A stretch of 64,000 nucleotides of DNA, from NCBI GenBank assembly GCA_965601455.1, contig OZ271831.1, positions 3,816,268 to 3,880,267 on the forward strand. The letters run 5' to 3'. Below the pieces are notes generated by a model. The model was not told where the DNA came from. It worked only from the letters and a program-made list of their open reading frames with translations, and did no database searches. The DNA comes from Cyclobacteriaceae bacterium (lineage in GTDB: Bacteria > Bacteroidota > Bacteroidia > Cytophagales > Cyclobacteriaceae). The stretch's first letter is position 1, and each line of letters opens with the position of its first letter. The position numbers and the translations under genes were made by a program. Below are positions 8,890 through 19,485 of the stretch, piece by piece.

Positions 8890-9972
8890 TTAAATTTGCT
8901 CTCCTAATATTTGACTTAATCCCTGAATTAAGGGTAGCATATCTCCTGAGTTCGTGAAAAAGACAATGCCATATTCACGTTCAGGTAGAAACATGGTATA
9001 AGCCTGAAAATCGTGGTTATTTCCGGTATGTAGATGCATGAGTCCATTCGCTGACTCTTTCTGGGCGAACCCTAGACCCCAACCGGTTTGACCAGTCTCC
9101 TGAAATAACTTACTACTCGAATCAAAGCGATTATGAGTATCCAGCATTTCGTCAAATGCTGTGTTCGACAGACCCTGTCTTTTCAACATCGCCTGAATGA
9201 AAAGCGCATATTCTCCAGCTTCAGAGTGGACACTGGAAAAAGAATTGAATGTTTTTCCACTCCATCCCCCTAGTCCATTATCAGTTGGCTTACCGTCTTT
9301 ATGTCCGTATACTTTGTTTGCCTCTAAATATTCATTCCAAAGGAAGGAAGTGTGATCCATTCCCAGTGGTTTTGCAACGTTTTCCTCAAAAATTGCATTG
9401 AACTTGTCTCTCCACTGAACTCCATTTTCAATCCCAATAATTGCAGTCAGGTACTGATAGGCCTCACCCGAGTATGAGAAGCCATCCCCTGGTTCATGAG
9501 ACAGGCTAATTACTTGACCATTTGCATGGTTGGGGAAACCTGTACTATGTGACAATACCATTCTGGGAGTGATGGTCTTATACCATTCCCGGGATGCACT
9601 ATCAATGGCCGGGTGAGGAAAATACTCATGAAGCGTTTTGTCCAAATCCAGTAGCCCATCGTCGACCATCTTCATCGCGAAATAGGCAAATATGGGTTTA
9701 GAAAGAGAGGCTCCTTCGAAAATACTCTGTTTGTTAACAGGATCATTGGTTTCAAGGTTTTGAACACCAAACACTTTGTGGTAGGCGATTTCATTATCGT
9801 TAATAATGGCAATTGATAGCCCTGGCACTCCTATGGAATCCATTAGGTATTCGATTCGTTTGTCTAGTTTTTTGACCTTAACTGTCGATCCATCTACTGA
9901 TTTAATTGTCTTCTGAGCGGTCGCAGAATATGTTAGGAATAGTAGTAGTATAACTCTCGTATACAATTTCAT
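8890..9972 (-). CDS. Serine hydrolase, beta-lactamase family, secreted
   Basis: It has SxxK (ASLSKP), a YSG/YxN-like motif and HTG. I prefer the ATG at 9972 (MKLYTRVILLLFLTYSATAQ signal peptide) over the track's GTG at 10017. Confidence 0.8.
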   Translation of the reverse strand: MKLYTRVILLLFLTYSATAQKTIKSVDGSTVKVKKLDKRIEYLMDSIGVPGLSIAIINDNEIAYHKVFGVQNLETNDPVNKQSIFEGASLSKPIFAYFAMKMVDDGLLDLDKTLHEYFPHPAIDSASREWYKTITPRMVLSHSTGFPNHANGQVISLSHEPGDGFSYSGEAYQYLTAIIGIENGVQWRDKFNAIFEENVAKPLGMDHTSFLWNEYLEANKVYGHKDGKPTDNGLGGWSGKTFNSFSSVHSEAGEYALFIQAMLKRQGLSNTAFDEMLDTHNRFDSSSKLFQETGQTGWGLGFAQKESANGLMHLHTGNNHDFQAYTMFLPEREYGIVFFTNSGDMLPLIQGLSQILGEQI

Positions 9973-10248
9973 GATCTTTCGATTTTTAAATTCAACATCC
10001 TTCTTTCGTGAATTCACGGAGCTTGGACACCGAAGCGAATGAAAAGGTTACAGCTTCAGACAGAATTTTTAGAAAAACACAATTGGACTTAAGAGATTGA
10101 TTATTGATTGAGCACGGGATCTGATTTCCATTGGATTGAAGGCCAAGTAGCGTATTCAATTACGTAGAATGCCCCGGAGATATTTTCGAAAGTATTGCTT
10201 GATTTGACAATCGACTATAATTGAAATACGTATATCGACAGAGAAATA

Positions 10249-11109
10249 GTGACTGTAATGCTAGAAACCTACGTAAGAAAAGTTCTCACACTCTGCTGGC
10301 CCCTTTTATCCGCACTCTTTTTCATCTCATGTGTTGGCGAAAAGGAGGATATACCTTTCATTGACACGCTTCAGTTACCAAGGGAAATTTTTATATTGAA
10401 TGCTGGAATCGGATATTCTAACGGTGAGGAAATAGTAATAGGTGATTCCACCGTAATTACAGTGAACTATCGTGACGAAAAAATACGTTCAGTCACGTTA
10501 GAAAGACGAGGAATTGACTCGGACGATTTTGGTGCTTTTAGTCGCTCGTACGTGTTAAACATCGATACTGAGTACAATAATCGGGAACTTTATAAAATGA
10601 ATCTTTCTGCATTTGATGGTGAACAGAAAGTTCGAATTAGCTACGAAGGAGGTAAACCCTCAATAGTACAAACGTCTATCCAAGGCATCTCCCAGGAATT
10701 CATCATTGAAAAAAGATACTTCTACGATTCCGAAGAAAATCTGACTTCCATAGAGGAATGGAGGAATGATTTCAATGCCGATCTCAGTTTGGACCTTTGG
10801 GAGAGTACTATCCTTACATACCAGGATGGCAATGTAACTGGTATATCCAGGTTTGATGGAAGAAACGGTCAATTGGTGCAGGAAAGCGTACTTACATATG
10901 ACTCAACAAGCAATCCACTTAAAGGTAGACTCGGTCTTTTATTGCCCCCCTTTAATGATTATATCCCCTTGGAGTTTTTCTTAAGTTCTCACCTCGTCAA
11001 GAATTCTGACTTGAATTGTGCGGATCTCGGTTATGAACAAGCTGAAAATGAACTTCAGATATACAGAGATGACTGTTACCGCAAGGAGCAATTTATTTTT
11101 AGATTTTGA
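10249..11109 (+). CDS. Hypothetical lipoprotein
   Basis: It has a lipobox (LFFISC). I recognise no domain. Confidence 0.4.
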   Translation: MTVMLETYVRKVLTLCWPLLSALFFISCVGEKEDIPFIDTLQLPREIFILNAGIGYSNGEEIVIGDSTVITVNYRDEKIRSVTLERRGIDSDDFGAFSRSYVLNIDTEYNNRELYKMNLSAFDGEQKVRISYEGGKPSIVQTSIQGISQEFIIEKRYFYDSEENLTSIEEWRNDFNADLSLDLWESTILTYQDGNVTGISRFDGRNGQLVQESVLTYDSTSNPLKGRLGLLLPPFNDYIPLEFFLSSHLVKNSDLNCADLGYEQAENELQIYRDDCYRKEQFIFRF

Positions 11110-11166
11110 TAATTGAATGTGACTGAAAAAGACAGTGTGTGAGGTTTTCATGGGATAAAAGCATCA

Positions 11167-12195
11167 TCATTCTTCATTTTCTACGCTGCGAACAATTCTA
11201 TTATAAACCCTTTCCAATTGAATCCAGAAACTACGCTTTCCACTGGTGTTCACAAACTGGATAATCACGGCATCCATATCAGCATGATACCGGGCAATGC
11301 TGGTATAGCCCGGTAACCAGCCGGTATGCTCATACTCGTAAATAGTTGAATAGAGAGCTTGCTCTTCCTCCGTAAATAAGGTTCCATCAATTAGTGACCT
11401 CAGAAATGATCCAACGTCCTCCGCTGTTGCCACCATCGATCCACCAGGAAGCTTGTGATCCCAGCTTTTTAGACTGGGTCCCCACTCTTTTAGATATCCC
11501 TCCATCACTGCAGTAGAATCAACCTGGCTGTAAAGGCCAAAAGTGTTTTTCAAGCCAAGTGGAATAAGTATCTCCTCCTTGATATACTGATGATGAGAAT
11601 AGCCAATTACCCTTTCTATTGCTTCAGCGATCAATAAATAATTGGTATTCGAATACTTGTACTTCTTATTAGGTTCAAAATCAGCGGGTTTATCAAAAAC
11701 CAATGCCGCAACGGTGAGATAATCATCATCCGTATCTTCCTCAAAACCGGGTTCATCCCGGTATCCACGGATACCACTTCGATGTTGAAGCATCATTCTC
11801 AACGTTATTTCATCCGCATATTCAATTCTTCCCCTAACTTCAGGAATCAGCTCCGCTAGTGTACTCTCCAGCGATAATTGTTCACTGACGACAAGTTTCG
11901 CTGCTGCTGCTGCAATGTACAGTTTACTAATACTCGCAATCTTGAAGAGTGAACGGGGGTTAGCCGGTATTTGCTCCTCCCGGTTATTGAAGCCAGCGCT
12001 ATAAAAGGATGATTTCCCTGCCTTATTCACATACACAATCATGCCGTCAAATCCACCTTCTATGGCCTTCTGCATTTCCTCCTGAACACTACCCGGGATG
12101 TAAAAAGGATTGTTCGTGCAGCCTGATAGTGAAAAGCAAACCAGTAATATCAAAGGGATTCCCCGGATAAGGACATTTCTTATTCGCATAGTCAT
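11167..12195 (-). CDS. Serine hydrolase, beta-lactamase family, lipoprotein
   Basis: It has a lipobox (FSLSGC), SxxK (ASISKL) and YSN. Confidence 0.8.
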   Translation of the reverse strand: MTMRIRNVLIRGIPLILLVCFSLSGCTNNPFYIPGSVQEEMQKAIEGGFDGMIVYVNKAGKSSFYSAGFNNREEQIPANPRSLFKIASISKLYIAAAAAKLVVSEQLSLESTLAELIPEVRGRIEYADEITLRMMLQHRSGIRGYRDEPGFEEDTDDDYLTVAALVFDKPADFEPNKKYKYSNTNYLLIAEAIERVIGYSHHQYIKEEILIPLGLKNTFGLYSQVDSTAVMEGYLKEWGPSLKSWDHKLPGGSMVATAEDVGSFLRSLIDGTLFTEEEQALYSTIYEYEHTGWLPGYTSIARYHADMDAVIIQFVNTSGKRSFWIQLERVYNRIVRSVENEE

Positions 12196-12245
12196 GCATT
12201 TAATATGGCTAAAGGTACCTGGTTATGTTTTAATCCACTCTTAAA

Positions 12246-13820
12246 TCAGTTCTTCCGCACGGGCAAAGGAATTCCACCAACATCCGCACCAACATCCCGT
12301 GGCTCGGCAAACCAGGCGAGCTTCCCTAATGTGGTCAATCCTGCTGGTAAGTTAATAGCATCCGGATGGGTCTCCATTAACTGAAGAAGCATCGCCTCTC
12401 GCAGTTCAACTGCTACTTCTGTGTTTTGAAGAATCTTGTTTTCGGTTTCACCAGGATCATTAGTTAAATCAAAGAGCCATTCCTGTATTCCCGAAGGTTC
12501 ATTTCCAGTCTTATACTCCAGGCCCAAATCTCTTTTCCCGGTATGAAATACATATTTCCATTCATCTGAGACCATCATTAGGAGATTGTCCTCGAGATAT
12601 TCGGCAAACACATATTCTCGATGATCCCCGGCGCCGATCGTTATTGAATTCCAATGAGAAATACCCGTAGACCCTTTCATCCTATCTACTCCTAATGCGT
12701 CTACCAGGGTACCGGCCAAATCTGTCATGGAGAAAAGGGATTGGGAAACACCTGCCTTGATGGTAGAACCATTAAATAAAAGCGGAACCGAAATGGATTG
12801 TTCCCACATGGTATGCTTCTCTAAGCGACCATGATCATATAATAGGTACCCATTGTCAGACGCATATACTACAAGTGTATTATCGGTGAGTCCAAGATCC
12901 TTCAGAGCTGCAAATAGCTTGCCCAGAGAGGAATCCAGGTATTCAACAGAAGTGAGGTAAGATGCAATCGCACCCTTCTTTTCTCCCGGGGAGAATTGCT
13001 TAAATATTTCCGGAATCCATCTTTCATCTAAAGTAGAATGAGAAGGGATCTCGATTCTTGAGGTATCTATCCGATTGACAAATTCAACAGGAAAATCAAA
13101 TGGTGCATGCGGTTCATGAGGAGCATACCATAGGAAAAATCGGTTGTCCTTGTTTCGATGTAGGAACTGAATCGCCTGATCATTCAGAAACGTTCCACGG
13201 CAATCTTTTTCGTAACAGTCAGCTGGTAAATAGGACGTATTCCAAATTGAGTGGAAGTCTCGGGATTCATAGTCAGCTTGTGTAGCAATCTTTTCGGGAA
13301 TCGATTCTTTTTGGATCTTTCTTCTGTAGTCACCGGTATCAATTATGGTATCGAATCCGAAGGTGGGTAAGTTGTCTTCATAAATATCTCCCCATATCCA
13401 GGAATTGAAATGACTTTTACCAATCAATCCGGTACGAAATTCATGATCCTTGAGGTGTTCCGCGATGGTCTGATTGTTCACATCATTAAATGGAGTAAAA
13501 AGCAAGCTGACTCCCGTTGCATGAGGAAGTTTCCCGGTTAACATGCTTTGCCTTGACGCATTGCAAATCGGTGAATTGCAATAAGCTCTTGAGAAGCTAA
13601 GACTGCTACGAAATAGACTATCGAGGTTTGGGGTCTGTACTAAATCATGATTCCTAAAACCTGATGCGTATTTGCTATGATCATCGGCGAGGATAACTAA
13701 AACATTAGAGTAGGTAAAGGGTTTCTCCGTAGACTCCTCTAGAGCACAGCTCGCTAACATAATAACAAGCATTAGGAATAAGAGACTACTCTTTATGTTA
13801 TTCTTTAAAATGCCAGACAT
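12246..13820 (-). CDS. Sulfatase (arylsulfatase/formylglycine-dependent family), lipoprotein
   Basis: It has a lipobox (MLASC), NVLVILADD, the active-site region SPICNASRQSMLTGK and GKSH. The motif is C-N-A-S-R rather than CxPxR (see findings). Confidence 0.85.
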   Translation of the reverse strand: MSGILKNNIKSSLLFLMLVIMLASCALEESTEKPFTYSNVLVILADDHSKYASGFRNHDLVQTPNLDSLFRSSLSFSRAYCNSPICNASRQSMLTGKLPHATGVSLLFTPFNDVNNQTIAEHLKDHEFRTGLIGKSHFNSWIWGDIYEDNLPTFGFDTIIDTGDYRRKIQKESIPEKIATQADYESRDFHSIWNTSYLPADCYEKDCRGTFLNDQAIQFLHRNKDNRFFLWYAPHEPHAPFDFPVEFVNRIDTSRIEIPSHSTLDERWIPEIFKQFSPGEKKGAIASYLTSVEYLDSSLGKLFAALKDLGLTDNTLVVYASDNGYLLYDHGRLEKHTMWEQSISVPLLFNGSTIKAGVSQSLFSMTDLAGTLVDALGVDRMKGSTGISHWNSITIGAGDHREYVFAEYLEDNLLMMVSDEWKYVFHTGKRDLGLEYKTGNEPSGIQEWLFDLTNDPGETENKILQNTEVAVELREAMLLQLMETHPDAINLPAGLTTLGKLAWFAEPRDVGADVGGIPLPVRKN

Positions 13821-13830
13821 GGAGAAGTCG

Positions 13831-14514
13831 TCAATTTTCTTCCTCAGGCCGTATCCCGAAAATGAAAAGGTAACCGATCATCCAAAACTCTCCTATTGTT
13901 GCCGGAATAGTGAAATAATCAGCAAAGGAGTTTTCAGGCACCAGGTAAATAATCACCACACTGATCACATAACCGACTCCACCCAGAATTAACGTCCTTC
14001 CCAGCCATACTGGCATTCTATTGGAACTAGTCACAATATATCCCAGTGGAATTAACCAAAGACCAAAGAAAATACCTCCAACGCCCCAGGCATTAGTCGA
14101 TAAGCTACTCAGTAGCTCTATTAGCATGACTTTGTCGTACACTGTTTCGGAGGCATTGGCAATTCCAATAGCAGAACCCATTGCAATCGCGCTGATCATG
14201 ATCACCACCGCATTTACCATCCCCCAGATTCCAACTGCCCAAGCAGCCCATTCGTTAACACCTCTGAATAATTTATAAAACCAGAAAGCCGTGAGAGCTT
14301 GAGACAGTATTACACCGAATTCAAGTAACAGTCTCGTTCTGGCCAGAGACTCCTGCTCAATCAGGTTCGATAGGGTTTTGTTAGGATCGGCATCAAATAT
14401 CTGAGAATGAAAAACCAGAAACCCTAGAATACCAGTAATGGCCATCATTAAATACCAAAATCCCGCTAATCTGGCCGTTACCATCAATTGCTTTTGATCT
14501 TCGTAACCCAACAT
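13831..14514 (-). CDS. DUF4386-like integral membrane protein
   Basis: 227 aa with about 6 TM helices. The N-terminal ARLAGFWYLMMAITGILGF pattern resembles DUF4386 as I recall it. Confidence 0.45.
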   Translation of the reverse strand: MLGYEDQKQLMVTARLAGFWYLMMAITGILGFLVFHSQIFDADPNKTLSNLIEQESLARTRLLLEFGVILSQALTAFWFYKLFRGVNEWAAWAVGIWGMVNAVVIMISAIAMGSAIGIANASETVYDKVMLIELLSSLSTNAWGVGGIFFGLWLIPLGYIVTSSNRMPVWLGRTLILGGVGYVISVVIIYLVPENSFADYFTIPATIGEFWMIGYLFIFGIRPEEEN

Positions 14515-14756
14515 ATGATACTTTCTCTTTTGAATTATTCTATGGCTATGTTACGATTTAAAGCCGAATATCTCTAATAACTACCTTCGATTTTTCAGCT
14601 CTGAAAGCCTAATCCACCATTTCCCATCAACTTCCAAAAAGCATTCGTGCATTAAAAATGTTTAAAAATGATTGGATTTTGAAAACAAGAGGAATAACAA
14701 TCCGTTTTCAGTAACATTTGACTTTAACATCTAGATCAAAACTCAAAAGACCACAC

Positions 14757-15329
14757 ATGAACTATTCAAAAATCATCGCCTTAATCTTATTTATTTCGCT
14801 TCAGAATCAAGTGTCGGCACAAACTGCCACCATTGAATACAATCTCAATGGAAGGGATTTAAGTGAAACCTCGAATAACCCTTTTAAAAAATACATCGGA
14901 GAATGGACCTTGAAAAACGACGACTGGACGCAGGATTGGGGTTATGGTATCGATTCCATCAAAATTCCAGGGCATCACACCATCACTCAACAGCTCAATA
15001 CAGACAACAGCCTACTTTCCATCATCGACGGACCAGAACCCAATGGACATATTTTTTGGTCCTACAATCCAAATACAGGAGAAGTGTATCATTTATCCAG
15101 CTTCGGAACCATAAGAGCCGGAAATGGGCAGGGAACAGTCAACGGAAATGGAGATGTCCAACTGAAAATAAAATTTGAGGGAGAACCGGAGGATACCTAT
15201 CGAATCTACAATTACCGGTGGATCAATGAGGATGAATATCATATGAAGTCCGTGCAGTTTAGAGAAGATGATCAACCAACCGGACTTTTTTACGAGGGGA
15301 CGTTCGTACGAATCGGTTACAACGAATAG
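14757..15329 (+). CDS. Secreted hypothetical protein
   Basis: The internal ATG at 14757 gives the signal peptide MNYSKIIALILFISLQNQVSAQ. The track start at 14718 is a TTG. Confidence 0.4.
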   Translation: MNYSKIIALILFISLQNQVSAQTATIEYNLNGRDLSETSNNPFKKYIGEWTLKNDDWTQDWGYGIDSIKIPGHHTITQQLNTDNSLLSIIDGPEPNGHIFWSYNPNTGEVYHLSSFGTIRAGNGQGTVNGNGDVQLKIKFEGEPEDTYRIYNYRWINEDEYHMKSVQFREDDQPTGLFYEGTFVRIGYNE

Positions 15330-15412
15330 TAATAAATCGTTATTGAGAATCTTAGTCCGGATATTTACTACCTTATTTTCAAAATTCAAGTATCCTTAGA
15401 AGCTGTAAACGT

Positions 15413-15439
15413 AAAAAAGCAGCCTTCTCCAAAGGCTGC
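15413..15439 (-). terminator. Rho-independent terminator downstream of the adhesin gene
   Basis: The minus strand reads gcagcctt-tggag-aaggctgc followed by tttttt. Confidence 0.6.
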
Positions 15440-15482
15440 TTCTCGTTGCTGCAGAAATGGATGTAACACCCAAATTCTTTGA

Positions 15483-18400
15483 TCACTCGATGACCAGCTT
15501 TCGAGTAATTATACCTTTTACATCCTCGTACTTTACCAGGTAAATTCCTTTTGAAAAACCGCTGACATCTATGACATTAGACTTATCCGCTGATTGCTCC
15601 ACCAGGGTTTTACCCTGTAAGTCCACCACCTGAATGACACCATTGCCACCTGGTGTATGAATAGTCAGGAAGGTGTTTGCTGGATTAGGGAAAAGAACCA
15701 AAGTCAATGATTCTTCAATGCCCAATACTGTTTCTATTGTTAATTCTCCATCAATCAAAATGTATTCATACAAGTCATCCACACCTTCTTCCCAGGTGAT
15801 CGGATAGGTACCAATAGTGCTTTCAGAGTTGGCATCGGTAATCAGCGTGGGAGGATTGTCTAGTACAGACTCACTTTCACCTAGTTTAAAGCCAGTCACC
15901 TCGTAGGTCAATGTTGGAATCTCTTCCCCTTCTGTGATGATCAGGTCATCCGCAGTGAAGGTCAGCGGAGCTTTTGTTACAGTGAATTTTTGACTGACAG
16001 GTACGGCTGGATTAAATAAATCATCACCTATCTGGGTTGCAATCACTGTGTAATTGCCAATTCCTTGGACAGTTAGTACTCCATCGGTGATCGAACCAAC
16101 GCCTTCATTCAATTCATACGTTATATCCAGATCGCTGGTGACCGTAGCAGCTAGTGTTACCAGGTCACCATACCTTACATCATCTGGACTTTCAAAGCTG
16201 ATTTCTTGATTACTTTTTGCACTATTTATGACTTCAAAAGTCAAGGTTATCGTATCTGCAGAATTGAAGTTCTGATTACCTGGTTGAGTAGCTGCTACCC
16301 TATAAGTACCCACAGCATTCAAGGTAAGGGTGTTACCGGAAATCGATCCATCTCCACCAATTAATACATAATCCAGGGACAATCCGGATGAGACGCTTCC
16401 TGCCAAGGTCAAGGTATTTCCCTCAGCCAGATCGACCGAATCCTGAAGCTCAAATGCTATGATTTGATCTGCCTTCAGTATGGTTAAAGTATCATCCTGT
16501 AGTGTCACCTGGTAGTTGCCTTGTCGGTTATCTGGATCAATAAGCCCCGCAGTAATCACATACTTACCAGCATCTGAATTGGCGGTGGCCGACGTATTGA
16601 ATGATCCTTCGATAGCATCATTATTGGTGATACCCAATATCGATCCATCCAGGGTCGGAATAGCCTCACCATAGTTAATCGTCTTGGAATTTGCGGTAAT
16701 AATCAGAGTAGCTTGATTAACTGTTAGCGTACCAGCGTTCACTAACGTATCATAATTTCCTAGTTTATTGTCCGGATCCGAAAGTGTGGCGGTGATGTCA
16801 AAGACTCCTGAAGAGCTACCATCGGCGGCGGTAGCATAACTAGCGTTAATATTTTCACCGTTTACTACACCAAGTATTGTGCCGTCCAAAGTCGGAATGG
16901 ATTCTCCGTAGGTTATGGATTTGTCATTCGGAGTAACACTTAATAGAGCATTTTGGATGGTGATAGTACCGTCGATGTAGGTTATATCGTAATTTGAATC
17001 TGTTGTCCCGGTCACGGTAATCGGATAAGATCCTGCTGTAGTGAAATTATCAACCATGGTGGATACGGTAATGGTAGCAGATAAATCATTTTCAGATTCA
17101 CCATTGACAAAACCCGAGTAAGAAACCGATAAATCCGGACTAGAACCATAGGTCATGGTCTGATCCGGCATTGTGGCGGTGAGTGGTGCTTTCGACACTA
17201 CTATTTGCGAAAGGGCATTCGCTCCTGCTATGCAAGTAGCTCGGTCCGCGGCCGCAGATTGAACAAAGAAACCATCTGTTATTGCCAAACTCGGAACGAA
17301 AACCAATCCTGCTAGACCTTCCGCAAGAGTAATATAATCTCCCTCATTGATCCTTGTAACCCCATCGTTTTTAAACAAAGATCCAAATCCAATGTCCGGG
17401 AAATAAAAATGATTGGCCACCATATCCGTTGGATCGGGTGAAATCATTATGTTGGTGGCTGTGGATCCGTAAATTGTATTGAAGTCAGAAACTATAGGGG
17501 TTTTGGTTTCATCAGGTTCGCTGACTACCACATTCGACCAAATAATACGTTCACAGCCATTTTCATCCTGGGCGGTAATGTCATAAGTGCCCGCTAATAG
17601 ACCCGTGATTGGGGAAGGAGCAAAATTTGAACCATCAATGCTGAATCCTATTATTCCTATACCTCCAGTTGCCGAGATGGTAATTGAACCGCTTGCCTCT
17701 CCATTGCAAATGGCATCAGTCACCACCCCAACGTCAAGTGTCAGTTGATCAGGTTCTTCCACGTCAATTGTACTGGAAACCACACATCCATTAGCATCTC
17801 TTATATACCCCGTATAGCTTCCAGTCGATAAGCCGCTAAACGTACTATTCGATACATAAGTGCTACCATCGATGCTGTACTCATAGGGTGCCACTCCTCC
17901 GGAACCGGTCAAGTCTATCTGCCCGTTTGATTCACCAAAACACTGATTGTCTATCCTAGTCATAGACAAGTTAAGGTCGGAACCTGTGACAGTTAATGTA
18001 ACGGTCGAATCCAAACCACTGGCACTTGCCGTGAACGTTTCGACGTAAGTACCCGGTGCTGTAATAGTCTGGGTACCGAAAGAAATGGAACCTGCTGGAC
18101 AAAGCTGCATGCTTGAGCTCTCCGTGTAGGAGAGGTCAAAATACCGAACGACACCCCCGCGTGTCTCTGCCCGGGAAGCAATTAACAATTTACTACCTTC
18201 CAAAGCGATATTATTCCCAAAAAATGCCCCATCAGGCAAGTATTGAAAGCCATCTATTTCAATGCTTTCACCAGTTGCGTCGTTAATAATTTGCACCACT
18301 CCAACCGGAAGTGAATTTCCTGACGTAGGTCCAACTGATGAACCACTACCGTGAACCATCAACCGGTTTTGGATCTGCAATCCATTGAAGTCAGCATGTC

Positions 18401-19376
18401 CGCTAAAACCAGAATTCAAATAGTAACTGGGAAACTGCCGGAGAATGACTTCGTTCGTATTGATATTGGTCGACCAATTTTGGTTCTCCCTTTCGAATAC
18501 ATACGCTGACATGCTGTTTGCAGTACTGTATGTAACCACTAGATCTCCATCAGATACTAATCCTCCACCGAAAGAAAGTCCGGCTGCGCGATCAGAACCG
18601 AGCAGTATCAAATCCTCCGCTGTTGAATTGGCCCATATGCCAGATACGGGTCTGTCATAAATATGCAAGGTGCCAGCATTGGATCCGGTTAACGCGGAGG
18701 CTGCAATAAAATCATCACCCAAAATCGCTGAAAATCCTAAAAAATCGGCAATTCCTACATTTGTACTGTACAACTCTGCGCGAAGAAAAGCGCTTGACCA
18801 TGATGCACCTGATTTTTCATAGACATACATCTTTCCACCATTGGCAACAGTACCTGCATCTTCATATGGGGCACTCACAAGGATTTCAGAGCCATTAAAA
18901 TCGACATTTATGCCAAATGCGGAGGCATTCGACGAATTTACCGGAGCAGGAGAAGTCAGCTTTATGGTCTCGGTCATATTTGTCCACCCAGCTACCGGCT
19001 TTTCGAAAATGTAGGCACCCTGAAGAGCAAAATCGACAGCTCCATTTCCTACTACCACTACATCTCCAACAAATGCGACAGAAGTCCCAAATTTTTTATC
19101 GGTAGCGGCATCACTCGCTGTCAATTTGGCAACCTCCACCCATTGATTTGCACCACTTAATTCAAACACATAGACCGCCCCACTGACGCCATTGTGCCTG
19201 GGGGCGGAAATCGCTACAAAATCACCGCTTATGGCCATATCATATCCAAAATTGTCGGTATTTCCTGTGCCATTCGGAGTATCGCTTCCGCGAAAAGTTT
19301 GCAACTCGGACAACGTTTGACTGTATGCTGAAAGTGAAAAGCAAAGCGACAGAGTAGCGAGCATAATTCTAGTCAT
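15483..19376 (-). CDS. Large secreted cell-surface repeat protein (adhesin-like) with a T9SS C-terminal sorting domain
   Basis: The N-terminus has FG-GAP/beta-propeller-like repeats. SprB-type repeats follow (CFGESNGQIDLTGSGGVAPYEYSIDGSTY, CNGEASGSITISATGG). There are four MBG-like repeats (L..TA/TP.....YGE.IPTL.G...G..N.....). The C-terminus is a Por/T9SS sorting domain (LVLFPNPANTFLTIHT...GIYLVKY...KLVIE). I prefer the ATG at 19376 (MTRIMLATLSLCFSLSAYSQ). Confidence 0.85.
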   Translation of the reverse strand: MTRIMLATLSLCFSLSAYSQTLSELQTFRGSDTPNGTGNTDNFGYDMAISGDFVAISAPRHNGVSGAVYVFELSGANQWVEVAKLTASDAATDKKFGTSVAFVGDVVVVGNGAVDFALQGAYIFEKPVAGWTNMTETIKLTSPAPVNSSNASAFGINVDFNGSEILVSAPYEDAGTVANGGKMYVYEKSGASWSSAFLRAELYSTNVGIADFLGFSAILGDDFIAASALTGSNAGTLHIYDRPVSGIWANSTAEDLILLGSDRAAGLSFGGGLVSDGDLVVTYSTANSMSAYVFERENQNWSTNINTNEVILRQFPSYYLNSGFSGHADFNGLQIQNRLMVHGSGSSVGPTSGNSLPVGVVQIINDATGESIEIDGFQYLPDGAFFGNNIALEGSKLLIASRAETRGGVVRYFDLSYTESSSMQLCPAGSISFGTQTITAPGTYVETFTASASGLDSTVTLTVTGSDLNLSMTRIDNQCFGESNGQIDLTGSGGVAPYEYSIDGSTYVSNSTFSGLSTGSYTGYIRDANGCVVSSTIDVEEPDQLTLDVGVVTDAICNGEASGSITISATGGIGIIGFSIDGSNFAPSPITGLLAGTYDITAQDENGCERIIWSNVVVSEPDETKTPIVSDFNTIYGSTATNIMISPDPTDMVANHFYFPDIGFGSLFKNDGVTRINEGDYITLAEGLAGLVFVPSLAITDGFFVQSAAADRATCIAGANALSQIVVSKAPLTATMPDQTMTYGSSPDLSVSYSGFVNGESENDLSATITVSTMVDNFTTAGSYPITVTGTTDSNYDITYIDGTITIQNALLSVTPNDKSITYGESIPTLDGTILGVVNGENINASYATAADGSSSGVFDITATLSDPDNKLGNYDTLVNAGTLTVNQATLIITANSKTINYGEAIPTLDGSILGITNNDAIEGSFNTSATANSDAGKYVITAGLIDPDNRQGNYQVTLQDDTLTILKADQIIAFELQDSVDLAEGNTLTLAGSVSSGLSLDYVLIGGDGSISGNTLTLNAVGTYRVAATQPGNQNFNSADTITLTFEVINSAKSNQEISFESPDDVRYGDLVTLAATVTSDLDITYELNEGVGSITDGVLTVQGIGNYTVIATQIGDDLFNPAVPVSQKFTVTKAPLTFTADDLIITEGEEIPTLTYEVTGFKLGESESVLDNPPTLITDANSESTIGTYPITWEEGVDDLYEYILIDGELTIETVLGIEESLTLVLFPNPANTFLTIHTPGGNGVIQVVDLQGKTLVEQSADKSNVIDVSGFSKGIYLVKYEDVKGIITRKLVIE

Positions 19377-19485
19377 GATACAATTTTTTATAAGCAAATT
19401 GCAATGAACCCTTTTGACAGAATCGCTACTTTAATAAGCGCTGGGGTACTTCTAATGAACGCATGGTTCACTTTAAGGAAATACC

